Assembly: GCA_035627655.1 (NCBI GenBank)
Contig: DASPLI010000001.1
Span: 195,355 to 259,354, forward strand
Length of the DNA stretch: 64,000 bases
Direction: 5' to 3'
Source: Minisyncoccota bacterium
GTDB lineage: Bacteria; Patescibacteriota; Minisyncoccia; Phycocordibacterales; Phycocordibacteraceae
Of this stretch, positions 1-8,281 are shown piece by piece. Under the pieces are notes generated by a model. It was not told the origin of the DNA and did not search any database. It saw only the letters and a program-made list of their open reading frames with translations. Position 1 is the first letter of the stretch. Each line of letters starts with the position of its first letter. The position numbers and the translations under genes are program-made.

Positions 1-654
1 AACGATCTCGGGCTTGCGGTGATTGCGGTAACCCTACTCGTAAAGATAGTTCTCATGCCGCTCTCCCTCTCCGCGGTAAAGACACAGAAAGCGATGAAAG
101 GGCTTGAACCTGAACTCAAGGCAATCCGGGAGAAATATAAAGAGCAGCCAGAAGTACAGGCGCGAGAGACCTTTGCGCTCTATAAGAAGTACAATGTAAA
201 ACCGTTTGCGAGCATTTTGATGCTCTTTGTGCAGATTCCGATCATTTTCGGGCTCTACTTCGTCTGTCAGGGTGCAGCACTTACCGCGCTTGACCCCTCC
301 CTCCTCTACTCGTTTATTCCAGTGCCGGAATCTATCTCTCCGCTGTTTCTCGGCATCTTTGCGGTGACCACCCCATCAATCGTGCTTGCGCTTGCGGCCG
401 CAGTAACACAGCTGGCACAGGCGTTCTACGCTATTCCTGTGCCGCCGAAGCCGGAGGGAACCCCAACCATGCAGGAAGAGTTCGGGCGCGCACTCGCGGT
501 CCAGGCACGCTTTATCCTCCCAGTCGTTATTGGCATCTTTGCCTATGTTGCTGGCGGCGCTATCGCGCTCTACTTCGTTGCCTCAAACGTCATGATGCTC
601 GCGCAGGAGTTTATCGTGCGCGGTACGCACAAGCCCCAGACGACTAGCGTCTAG
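1..654 (+). CDS. yidC: YidC/Oxa1 membrane protein insertase (5' end outside window)
   Basis: Motifs TLLVKIVLMPL, QKAMKGLEPELKAIREKYK, VQIPIIFGLY and GAIALYFVASN; frame open from the window edge. Confidence 0.93.
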   Translation, partial: NDLGLAVIAVTLLVKIVLMPLSLSAVKTQKAMKGLEPELKAIREKYKEQPEVQARETFALYKKYNVKPFASILMLFVQIPIIFGLYFVCQGAALTALDPSLLYSFIPVPESISPLFLGIFAVTTPSIVLALAAAVTQLAQAFYAIPVPPKPEGTPTMQEEFGRALAVQARFILPVVIGIFAYVAGGAIALYFVASNVMMLAQEFIVRGTHKPQTTSV

Positions 655-1862
655 AGTTCGTACACCCAGAGAGAACCGTCCTTGCGGTTCGTGAACGTAA
701 GCGCAGTAGCATTCGGATCGATCGTGAGGCCGACTGCATCGATATCTACCTGCCCTACCGTCGAAGGATCGACAACCAATAGTGCAAGACGGCTCTCGAG
801 GTCTATCTTCCAAATACGATCAGAATACGAGATAACGCCCTGGTACCAATCATCTGGGGTCGTTCCAGAGAAGGATCGGGGTGCTGCACAGTAGACACTT
901 TGCTCGTTCGGCGCCCAGACGCATTTTTCAGGGAGGGTACCAAGCGGAATGACGGTTGAGATGCGGGTTGAGACATCAAGCATTTCTGTGCGCACGACGC
1001 TTCCAGAAAGGTAGCTGTAAAGAATGTATGAGCCTGACGGGCTTGGGAGCATGGTGAGGCCGCGCAGTGGTCCGAGCACGCGTTCAAAGACGCCGCTCGT
1101 ACCCCCGATAAGGAACCCGTAGCCATTTGCCTGTGCGGAAGCCTTCGTATAGGCAACATATCCTGGTCCTGCTGGCAAAATACGAAGCGACGAAAGGAGT
1201 GAGGTAAAGAGAGTACGTGGAGAGGAGCCATCAGGACGAGTAACGGTAGCGACAGATCCGTTTGCGTTTGGCAGAAGGGTGAGAAGTGTCGAGGTGCCGG
1301 TCACTGCCACATCGGAAAGGTCAGACTCAAGGAAGTAACCATCATCCCCCACGACCGGAAGCGCGAACGTTTCTACGTGAAGCTCTCCAGCATCTCCCTC
1401 GGCAAGAAAGCGTGCGTATGTGCGTGAGCCGTCAGAAAGCCACCGTGCTTCCATAACGCCGGGGAGTGTGCGGTTGGTGAGGCGGGTAAGCGTACGCGCA
1501 CCAAGTCGATACGAGTAAATGTGGCCACTCTGTCGCTCGATGTAGCGAATTTCCGTATCAATTGTGGGCGTGGTACTCCCCACTTCCCGTACCAGGAATA
1601 CTGCGACACCAACGGCTACCGGACCATCGGTAATTTTCGTGAGGTTTGGCGCAATTTGCTCTCCCGCGTTTCCGGAAGCTTCACCAAGCGGCGGAAGCTC
1701 GGCTTCGTTGATGGTCCCTGCTTCGTTAGAAGATCCAAAGAGATTCCCTGGCGTCTCTGTGGTAACCGCTGGTCCCTTGCCTGCAAAGAAGAGGAAATAT
1801 ATCGCAGCTCCGATGAGGAGAAGAGCGACTACGACACCGCCGATGATAAGAATTTTACGCAT
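651..1862 (-). CDS. Membrane-anchored protein with probable beta-propeller (TolB-like) ectodomain; last gene of the T4SS-like operon
   Basis: N-terminal TM helix, then beta-rich repeats (WLSDG, PSPSG, KCVWAP, DRIWKID). Confidence 0.6.
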   Translation of the reverse strand: MRKILIIGGVVVALLLIGAAIYFLFFAGKGPAVTTETPGNLFGSSNEAGTINEAELPPLGEASGNAGEQIAPNLTKITDGPVAVGVAVFLVREVGSTTPTIDTEIRYIERQSGHIYSYRLGARTLTRLTNRTLPGVMEARWLSDGSRTYARFLAEGDAGELHVETFALPVVGDDGYFLESDLSDVAVTGTSTLLTLLPNANGSVATVTRPDGSSPRTLFTSLLSSLRILPAGPGYVAYTKASAQANGYGFLIGGTSGVFERVLGPLRGLTMLPSPSGSYILYSYLSGSVVRTEMLDVSTRISTVIPLGTLPEKCVWAPNEQSVYCAAPRSFSGTTPDDWYQGVISYSDRIWKIDLESRLALLVVDPSTVGQVDIDAVGLTIDPNATALTFTNRKDGSLWVYEL

Positions 1863-1864
1863 AC

Positions 1865-2695
1865 CTATGGTGAGTCTATATCAGAGCAATATGGGACACT
1901 AGCAGTAAACGTTGTTATACGGGTACCCTCATTGACGCGACACTGATGTGCGAACTGGTATGAAGGTCGTTCAGTCGTCGTTTCTGTGAAAGCTGCGGAA
2001 CAGGACTCCTGATCATCATACGAGCCAAGCACCAGCTGTATACACTCATCACCTTCGCTAAAGTAATAGAGCAAGAAGCTGTACTCCCCCTGCGTCACTG
2101 GCACATTTCTATAGTGTTGCCCGTTTCCTATAGTTGCCGAATCATCATCATCCATTTGAGCGGCATTCGTACAAACATAGTAGCCATGACGCCCTGGATC
2201 TGCGCGGAATCCGTTATCCGTACAGCAGTAGCGAAGGTCCTCTGGAACCTGTCTTCCCTCCTCTATAACCCCACAACGGTCACGCGCTTCTTCGACCGTG
2301 GTGTCAAAGGACGCTTCCTGGATTTTCAATCCTTCAAGGTTGAGTGAGAGATTCAAGATTCTCGGATCAATGATGCCGAACACGATTGCTGGCGAGAGAA
2401 CCAGCACCAAGCCGAAGATCGCAGAGGTGATCATGTCTCGCACTTCTCCCTGCTGAAGCACTGACCCCTCCTGCATGATCGATTTGAAGCCGGCGCGAAT
2501 GATCTGGAAAATGGCGATGGTCGTTGCTGCGCCGATACATAGGCGGTACAGCATGTTGAAGAAATCTGGCAGCGAGCTGCTTGCTGCTGATTGAATTTCA
2601 TTGAGACCTGGGAGGCCAGTGAGCGGAATAAACTCCTGCGCGCTTACGATAAGCGGGCTTGCGGCAAGGAGCAGAATGGCGAGGTATTTATACAT
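1865..2695 (-). CDS. TrbC/VirB2-like pilin with Cys-rich C-terminal extension
   Basis: Signal peptide, two hydrophobic helices (IFQIIRAGF ... AIFGLVLVLSPAIVFGIIDPRIL) typical of CPR pilin-like proteins, Cys-rich tail. Confidence 0.6.
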   Translation of the reverse strand: MYKYLAILLLAASPLIVSAQEFIPLTGLPGLNEIQSAASSSLPDFFNMLYRLCIGAATTIAIFQIIRAGFKSIMQEGSVLQQGEVRDMITSAIFGLVLVLSPAIVFGIIDPRILNLSLNLEGLKIQEASFDTTVEEARDRCGVIEEGRQVPEDLRYCCTDNGFRADPGRHGYYVCTNAAQMDDDDSATIGNGQHYRNVPVTQGEYSFLLYYFSEGDECIQLVLGSYDDQESCSAAFTETTTERPSYQFAHQCRVNEGTRITTFTASVPYCSDIDSP

Positions 2696-2697
2696 AC

Positions 2698-3654
2698 TTA
2701 GCGTCCGAAGATTCCGGTTGATCCGCTGCTAAAGCGGAGCGTCAGGCTGGTTTCCGCTCTCGCTTCCGGTCCAGTTGCCGTTATGCCAAGAAGCGCGGTA
2801 CCGCTTCCGCCAGTTGATCGTACGGTGACGTCAGGGCCCGTACCGCTTCGGTTTCCATTGAGCGTCCACTGCAGCGTCGGCGTGTTCTTGAAGAAGAACG
2901 GAAGTGCGCGGAAGGTTTCCTCTGCTCCCGCCAGGGTAAAGGTACCGGAAAGCGCATGGTCAAAATCAATACCTTCAAGCGGATCGGTTCGGTAGATGCG
3001 CACGATCGGGTCGACCGGAGAAATGTTCACGGTCGTCTGTGCAGAAATACTTTTCGATTGTGTAGTGGCCGTTACGGTAATGGTTGCGTCTCGGTATTGT
3101 GGGGGCGCGGAGGCGCGTAAGACATTTTTTCCAAGTCCGGACTCAGCTTCAAGAATCTGGGTACCAAGCTTCCAGGTGTAGACAATCTGCTCGTTCGGCA
3201 CGCGCGTTCCAGGCGCAGTACGAATATCCGCAAGCGCCACGATGCGCACCGATCCCTCGGACGGGACGAGGCTCGCGCCTTTATAAAGCGGATGATTGGT
3301 CGCTATAGGTTCGACAATGACCGATACGTCTGCAGGAGCGATCGTTGCCTGCTTGGTGAAGGTGCCTTCTGCCCCTTGAGCATTGACAGAAATGGTTGTT
3401 CTCGTGCCAGGCCCACCCATCTTTATTTGGGTGCTGCGAAGCCCCTCCTCTACAACGGAGCCGTTTGCAGAAATGGTAATCGTGCTTGCTGCAAGATCAA
3501 TGGCGTTACTGGAAACGGTGACCGTAACCATCTCATATGGGCGAGGATAGTTTGGGGAAATATTGATCGTTAGCGGGTCAGTGCTTACTTGAGCAGACGC
3601 AAATGATGGCGTCATGACGCCAATGAAGAGGATTCCGACTATGAGACGGAGCAT
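2698..3654 (-). CDS. Secreted protein with Ig/PKD-like beta-sandwich domains
   Basis: Start re-assigned to ATG 3654 (MLRLIVGIL), 8 nt after TATACT; signal peptide; ISPNYPRP, YTWK and LQWTLNG motifs. Confidence 0.65.
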   Translation of the reverse strand: MLRLIVGILFIGVMTPSFASAQVSTDPLTINISPNYPRPYEMVTVTVSSNAIDLAASTITISANGSVVEEGLRSTQIKMGGPGTRTTISVNAQGAEGTFTKQATIAPADVSVIVEPIATNHPLYKGASLVPSEGSVRIVALADIRTAPGTRVPNEQIVYTWKLGTQILEAESGLGKNVLRASAPPQYRDATITVTATTQSKSISAQTTVNISPVDPIVRIYRTDPLEGIDFDHALSGTFTLAGAEETFRALPFFFKNTPTLQWTLNGNRSGTGPDVTVRSTGGSGTALLGITATGPEARAETSLTLRFSSGSTGIFGR

Positions 3655-3682
3655 TACTACACAGTATAGCCTGGAGCGAGGC

Positions 3683-4513
3683 TTATTCGTATTCGTCGGG
3701 GATATCTCCACGACCCTGACGCCGCTCAAGCTCCTGTTCGCGCCTGCGCCTGCGAAGCTCAGCCAAATTCTGTCTGGCAGTTGCGTAGCGTCGGTGGAGA
3801 TCTTCCACATGGCTATCAAAGGTACCGCGGGTTGCCGGAGAATCGATGGTTGCACGCGGCGCCTCGGCAGCAATCGCCTGCATTTGGCCGCGAAGAGACC
3901 CAACACCTCCCTTCGCCTCCTCTTTGCTGACCTTCTTACGGCCATAGGCCACCTGTGCCGCCATACGGTTACTCCCTCGCTCGTACGCCCGGCCAAGCAT
4001 GCGGCCGGCAAGTCCGCCGGTTAGGCCACCAACCAGCCGACTATTGGCGACATTTGACCAGAATTTTCGTGCTCGGAGACGTTTTTCGAGCAGTTTGCGC
4101 TTCCCTACCGTGTCCTCGATACGGGTAGCGACAATCATAAGGACGACGCCTGCGGTAATGGCTGGGAGCGAGTTGAGAAACGGCACAAGGTCGATAACCA
4201 GGGCCGCAAAGATTGCCAAGAGCTTCATCGCCGCCTGTTTGCCGGTGAAGTAGTTGACCCGCTTTGTGGCAAACCATACGCCAAAGGTACAGAACGAGAT
4301 GATGCTCATCAAAAGCGGAAAGATAATGCTCGGAATGAGCCCGATGATGGGAATAAACACGAGGAGGCCAAACACGAGCTGGAAGGCGTCAAAGAGAAAC
4401 GCCACCCCTATCATCGTTCCACCCTCGATATTGGAGATGCGGAGCTGCGAGTCGGCATCATCACGGCCAGGATCTTCAAGTCTGGCGCCGGGTGCAAGGA
4501 CGGGTGCTGCCAT
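3683..4513 (-). CDS. Hypothetical membrane protein in the T4SS-like locus
   Basis: About three TM segments and a basic C-terminal tail; 3 nt downstream of virB4. Confidence 0.65.
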   Translation of the reverse strand: MAAPVLAPGARLEDPGRDDADSQLRISNIEGGTMIGVAFLFDAFQLVFGLLVFIPIIGLIPSIIFPLLMSIISFCTFGVWFATKRVNYFTGKQAAMKLLAIFAALVIDLVPFLNSLPAITAGVVLMIVATRIEDTVGKRKLLEKRLRARKFWSNVANSRLVGGLTGGLAGRMLGRAYERGSNRMAAQVAYGRKKVSKEEAKGGVGSLRGQMQAIAAEAPRATIDSPATRGTFDSHVEDLHRRYATARQNLAELRRRRREQELERRQGRGDIPDEYE

Positions 4514-4516
4514 ACA

Positions 4517-6346
4517 CTACGCCTCCTTCTCCATCTCAAGACGCTGTCGTTCGCGTTTTATGGAAAGTAGCTGAGACGGATCTGAAGTGATGATTTGGTC
4601 CTCCGTGTAGGAAGCAACAATCTTAATCGCCACGTGCTTGAGGCCGGCAAAGAAGAGTCCCTCCCCTACCCCTGACTCAAGCAGAAGGAACTTCTCCTCA
4701 TCCGTGAGGTTGAAGATATCCATCAGGAGGTCGATGGTTGTCGGTGACTGTTTCAGAAGAAGCTGAATGGAGGAGTTCGTGAGAATTGGCTTTCCGTACG
4801 GACTGCGCAAGAAGTCTTCCACGTCCTGGGTAATCGTCGAGACGCCGAGATAGTACTTACGACCACGCTTTGCAAGGCTGTAGAGGAAGGAAGCGGTGTC
4901 TTCCGATTTCATCATCCACCACGCCTCGTCGATCACGAGTAGGCGCTTCTTGAGCTCATGTCGTACCGCGTTCCAAATGAAGTGCGTGACGATGTACATG
5001 GCGACTGGCTTCAACTCGTCTTCCATGTCGCGAACGGAGAACACGACGAACTGCTTCGTAATATCGACGTTCGTTGGCTGGTTGAGGAAGCCAGACCACG
5101 TACCCTTCGTATACTTGGACAAACGCTGAATGAGTGAAGCCGATCCTTCCATGCCGGAAAGCACGTTTTCAAAGTCTGAAAGCAGCGGAGCTTCGATGCC
5201 GGTGAAGTCCGCGTCCCCGGTAATGTCTTTGAGCGCATACGTCTCCGTAATGGCGCGGTCGACAATGGCATCTTCTTCAGGCGTCAGTCCGCCAAGCATG
5301 ATGCGGAAGAGGCCAACGAGGTTGATGATGTTTGAGCGGAGCACGTCGGACGGGTTTTCGTCCTCTTTTACCGGCGGCAAGTCAAACGGATTGATATGGT
5401 GCTCGCTTGAAAGCGAGATGTTGAACATACGGCCGCCTGTTGCTTCAGCAAGATATTCGTATTCACGCTCCGGGTCGATCACGATGACATCCGTCTCAAA
5501 CATCAAGGAGCGGAGAATCTCCAGCTTCACCGCATACGATTTACCGGAACCGGACTTTGCGAAGACGACGGAGTTGTAGTTTTCAAGCGAGAAGCGGTCA
5601 AACAGAATCAGAGATGCGTTGTGGCGGTTGATGCCGTAGAGAATGCCGCGGTCAGACGTGAGGTCGAACGAGACAAACGGGAAGATAGACGACAGCGGCG
5701 ACGAGTTGAGCTTGTTGTGGACTGCAAGCTCATCAAGTGCAAGCGGGAGTGTCGAGCGGAAGCCCTGCTCCTGCTGGAAGATTGCTGGTTTTGTAGAAAT
5801 GAGACGGGAGTCGAGAATGCCGCGCACATCCGCCTCAATCTTATCGAGCTCCTCCTTGGACGAGCCGTACATGGTGAGATAGAGGCCAACTTCAAAGAGC
5901 CGTTCTTGAGCCTGCTGCAGCTGGTCGCGAAGTGCTTCAAGGTCCTGATACGCGGTATCAAGCATGGGGTCGCGCACCAAACCTTTCTCTGTTCGTTCGC
6001 TGATCTGGCTCTGCACCTCGGCGACCTTCTTCTGAAAGTTGCGCAATGCCTCCCCTGTCTCAAGCGGATGAATGAAAATGCCGATATCGAAGACGCGCGC
6101 AAGGTTGATGATTGGCGTAAACCAGCTGTCCGTCAGATAGCGTGGATAGGAGATGGTGTAGAACGTGCGGGAAAGCTTTTCTCCAAGCTCGAGCTCGCGG
6201 GCAGATACCTTGAGAGCTGCTGGCGCGATGGTGTCGGCAAGCGTAAGGGTACCCTGGTTATAAATGTCCTGCGGTAATGCCGGAGCAATGACGGTTGAGG
6301 CCGTCGCCGGAGCTTCTTTCTTCTTGAAAAAGTCGAGTAGAGCCAT
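4517..6346 (-). CDS. virB4: VirB4-like type IV secretion ATPase
   Basis: Walker A AKSGSGKS, IDPEREY, INPFD, Walker B LLVIDEAW, RGRKY..TITQD. Confidence 0.92.
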   Translation of the reverse strand: MALLDFFKKKEAPATASTVIAPALPQDIYNQGTLTLADTIAPAALKVSARELELGEKLSRTFYTISYPRYLTDSWFTPIINLARVFDIGIFIHPLETGEALRNFQKKVAEVQSQISERTEKGLVRDPMLDTAYQDLEALRDQLQQAQERLFEVGLYLTMYGSSKEELDKIEADVRGILDSRLISTKPAIFQQEQGFRSTLPLALDELAVHNKLNSSPLSSIFPFVSFDLTSDRGILYGINRHNASLILFDRFSLENYNSVVFAKSGSGKSYAVKLEILRSLMFETDVIVIDPEREYEYLAEATGGRMFNISLSSEHHINPFDLPPVKEDENPSDVLRSNIINLVGLFRIMLGGLTPEEDAIVDRAITETYALKDITGDADFTGIEAPLLSDFENVLSGMEGSASLIQRLSKYTKGTWSGFLNQPTNVDITKQFVVFSVRDMEDELKPVAMYIVTHFIWNAVRHELKKRLLVIDEAWWMMKSEDTASFLYSLAKRGRKYYLGVSTITQDVEDFLRSPYGKPILTNSSIQLLLKQSPTTIDLLMDIFNLTDEEKFLLLESGVGEGLFFAGLKHVAIKIVASYTEDQIITSDPSQLLSIKRERQRLEMEKEA

Positions 6347-6348
6347 AG

Positions 6349-6984
6349 TTAGTTGTTGTTGAGTCGGATTGGCGTCTCAAGCTCGCCGAGGTTAAACGAG
6401 CGATAGAGGAGCTCAATCACTTCTTCAGTGCCTAGTGCCACTGCGCGAACACCAGTCGCTGCGATACTTGCAGCAACAAGCGCCATGCGCTGCTCGAGTT
6501 GCACACGATGCTCGTCAAAGCTCCCTGAAAGTCCCTGCGTTGTTTGTGACTTCTTCCCTCCTCCGATAAATGGCACTGCCTTGGTGACGGCAACTGGTGC
6601 GGGATTGTACGGTACGACGAGATAAAAGATCTTCGTCATAATGTCCGATCCTTCAATAAAGTTTTTAACGAACTGAATGTACTCGCGTACCTGAATGTTC
6701 ATGAGCTCGGTCTTCTGCTTCCCTTCGCGCTCGGCAAGCAGTGCCAGGTAAGGCCGAATATCCATCTTCCGTGAGTGGACGACGATCTCAACCGTGAAAT
6801 CAAGTGTATTCAAAAAGGTCTGAAAGCCGCCGATGATCGCGCGCTGCTCATCTTCCGACTTGAGGGCGAAGTTGATGGACGAGCACATGAGGATGCCACG
6901 ATAACCGCCATCCTTAAGGATCACGATGCCATTTCTGACTTCTTGGACGGGAACAAAGGACTGTGTTGGTTTTGCGTCAGGCAT
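6349..6984 (-). CDS. VirB4-associated conserved protein (TraC/VirB4 N-terminal-like)
   Basis: SSINFALKSEDEQ...FLNTLDF motif; lies between the PrgI-family gene and virB4. Confidence 0.7.
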   Translation of the reverse strand: MPDAKPTQSFVPVQEVRNGIVILKDGGYRGILMCSSINFALKSEDEQRAIIGGFQTFLNTLDFTVEIVVHSRKMDIRPYLALLAEREGKQKTELMNIQVREYIQFVKNFIEGSDIMTKIFYLVVPYNPAPVAVTKAVPFIGGGKKSQTTQGLSGSFDEHRVQLEQRMALVAASIAATGVRAVALGTEEVIELLYRSFNLGELETPIRLNNN

Positions 6985-6988
6985 AGGG

Positions 6989-7417
6989 TTATGGCTGCGG
7001 TGGCGCGGTATCTTTCACATCAAGCGACCAGGCAAGCTCCGACAGTTTCCGGCGGGACAGGCCCTCGTGCGGGAGCACTGATTCGGCGGGTGTTGGCGTC
7101 CTTTGAAGCGCTGGTGATGGGTTTGGTGTTACTGGCTTCTCTTCGCGCCTCCAGAGATACAGACGTCGACCGAGATAGTAGCTAAATGCGTATTCAAGGA
7201 TGTTCGGAAACGGTTTTCCGTTTACCTTGTAGAAAGCAAAGGCAGCAGCAAGTCCAGCAACCGGGATTGAAACAATGAGGCCGATCATAAAGGGTAGATT
7301 GAGCATGATCACGACCACCAGTCCCGCTCCGCCAGCGATATAAATGAATTGCTTGAGCGTCAAAGGACCAAAAATCTTGTCCTCTACTTCAATGAACTGT
7401 GGTACCTGATACTCCAT
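6989..7417 (-). CDS. PrgI family protein (VirB3-like)
   Basis: Signature YQVPQFIEVEDKIFGPLTLKQF followed by two TM helices. Confidence 0.88.
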   Translation of the reverse strand: MEYQVPQFIEVEDKIFGPLTLKQFIYIAGGAGLVVVIMLNLPFMIGLIVSIPVAGLAAAFAFYKVNGKPFPNILEYAFSYYLGRRLYLWRREEKPVTPNPSPALQRTPTPAESVLPHEGLSRRKLSELAWSLDVKDTAPPQP

Positions 7418-7447
7418 TAGTATCTAGTATACCAAGCATCTGCCTCC

Positions 7448-8281
7448 CTATTCGATAGGTTCGCGATATGGATCGCTTGCGTATGGCTTTGGAGTGGGCG
7501 GTGTCGGTTTTGGTGGCTGCGGAGTAGGAGGTTTTGGAGCAGAAACAGGCGGTGTTGGCGTTGGGGCCGAAGGAGGAACAGGTTTTGGCACCTCTGGCTT
7601 TTGCGGTGGCGGTACTGGTGGCGTTGGTGGAGTGTCTATGACTGGTTTTGGAGCTGGAGCGGCTTGTGGCTGCTGTTTGGGCGGTATAGGAGCGGTCGGC
7701 TTAGGTGTCTGAGTACTAACAGTAGAAGATGTTTGGGGTTTGGGCACGGGAGAAGCTGGAGGCTTTGCAGAAGAGGTTGCTGACGCAGGTTTTGGAGCCG
7801 CTAGCTTCTGAGGTGTTACCTCATGTTTGGGAAGCAGGTGATCTGGAGGAATAGGTCTAGGAGTCGTAGAAGCAGGCTTCGGTTGTGATTTAGGAGGTTG
7901 CGGAACTGGCGGAGCAGTTTTCGCCGGCGCAGTCTCTACTTCCCGCACCTCTTCTTTGGGAAGGGGAACTTCATACCCGTACACTACGGGTTTTTTGTAC
8001 GCTTCCAAGACATCTTTGGTTATGCGGTCTGCAATAGAAGCGGCCGTTGATTCCGGGAGAAAGGTTTTTAGCTCAGAAAGAACCGTGTTGGGCTGGATAA
8101 GACCAAGCAGGGCTGCGTACGCAACAGCGTTGAGCTGACTTCCGACTTGTGGGGTCAGGGTGTGGTCGAGCTCGATCGCAAGCACCGCATCTGTAAACAG
8201 GCCATCATCTAGAAACCGCTTTACTTCTACGGAAGCATGATCACGAGCTTTCTGGAGCTGTTCATTGGGAATCTGCATCAT
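7448..8281 (-). CDS. Proline-rich hypothetical protein
   Basis: Globular N-terminus, long P/T/K low-complexity tract, C-terminal DPYREPIE. Confidence 0.7.
   Translation of the reverse strand: MMQIPNEQLQKARDHASVEVKRFLDDGLFTDAVLAIELDHTLTPQVGSQLNAVAYAALLGLIQPNTVLSELKTFLPESTAASIADRITKDVLEAYKKPVVYGYEVPLPKEEVREVETAPAKTAPPVPQPPKSQPKPASTTPRPIPPDHLLPKHEVTPQKLAAPKPASATSSAKPPASPVPKPQTSSTVSTQTPKPTAPIPPKQQPQAAPAPKPVIDTPPTPPVPPPQKPEVPKPVPPSAPTPTPPVSAPKPPTPQPPKPTPPTPKPYASDPYREPIE

Noticed and set aside
2698-4011. 437 aa version of the ORF overlapping its upstream neighbour
   Set aside because: The N-terminal extension overlaps 3683-4513; the signal peptide and -10 box support a start at 3654.
7448-7960. 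Repetitive GGT/GGC-rich DNA suggesting a tandem repeat or CRISPR array
   Set aside because: Explained by Pro/Thr/Lys low-complexity coding. No fixed-length repeat-spacer array or cas gene was seen anywhere in the window.
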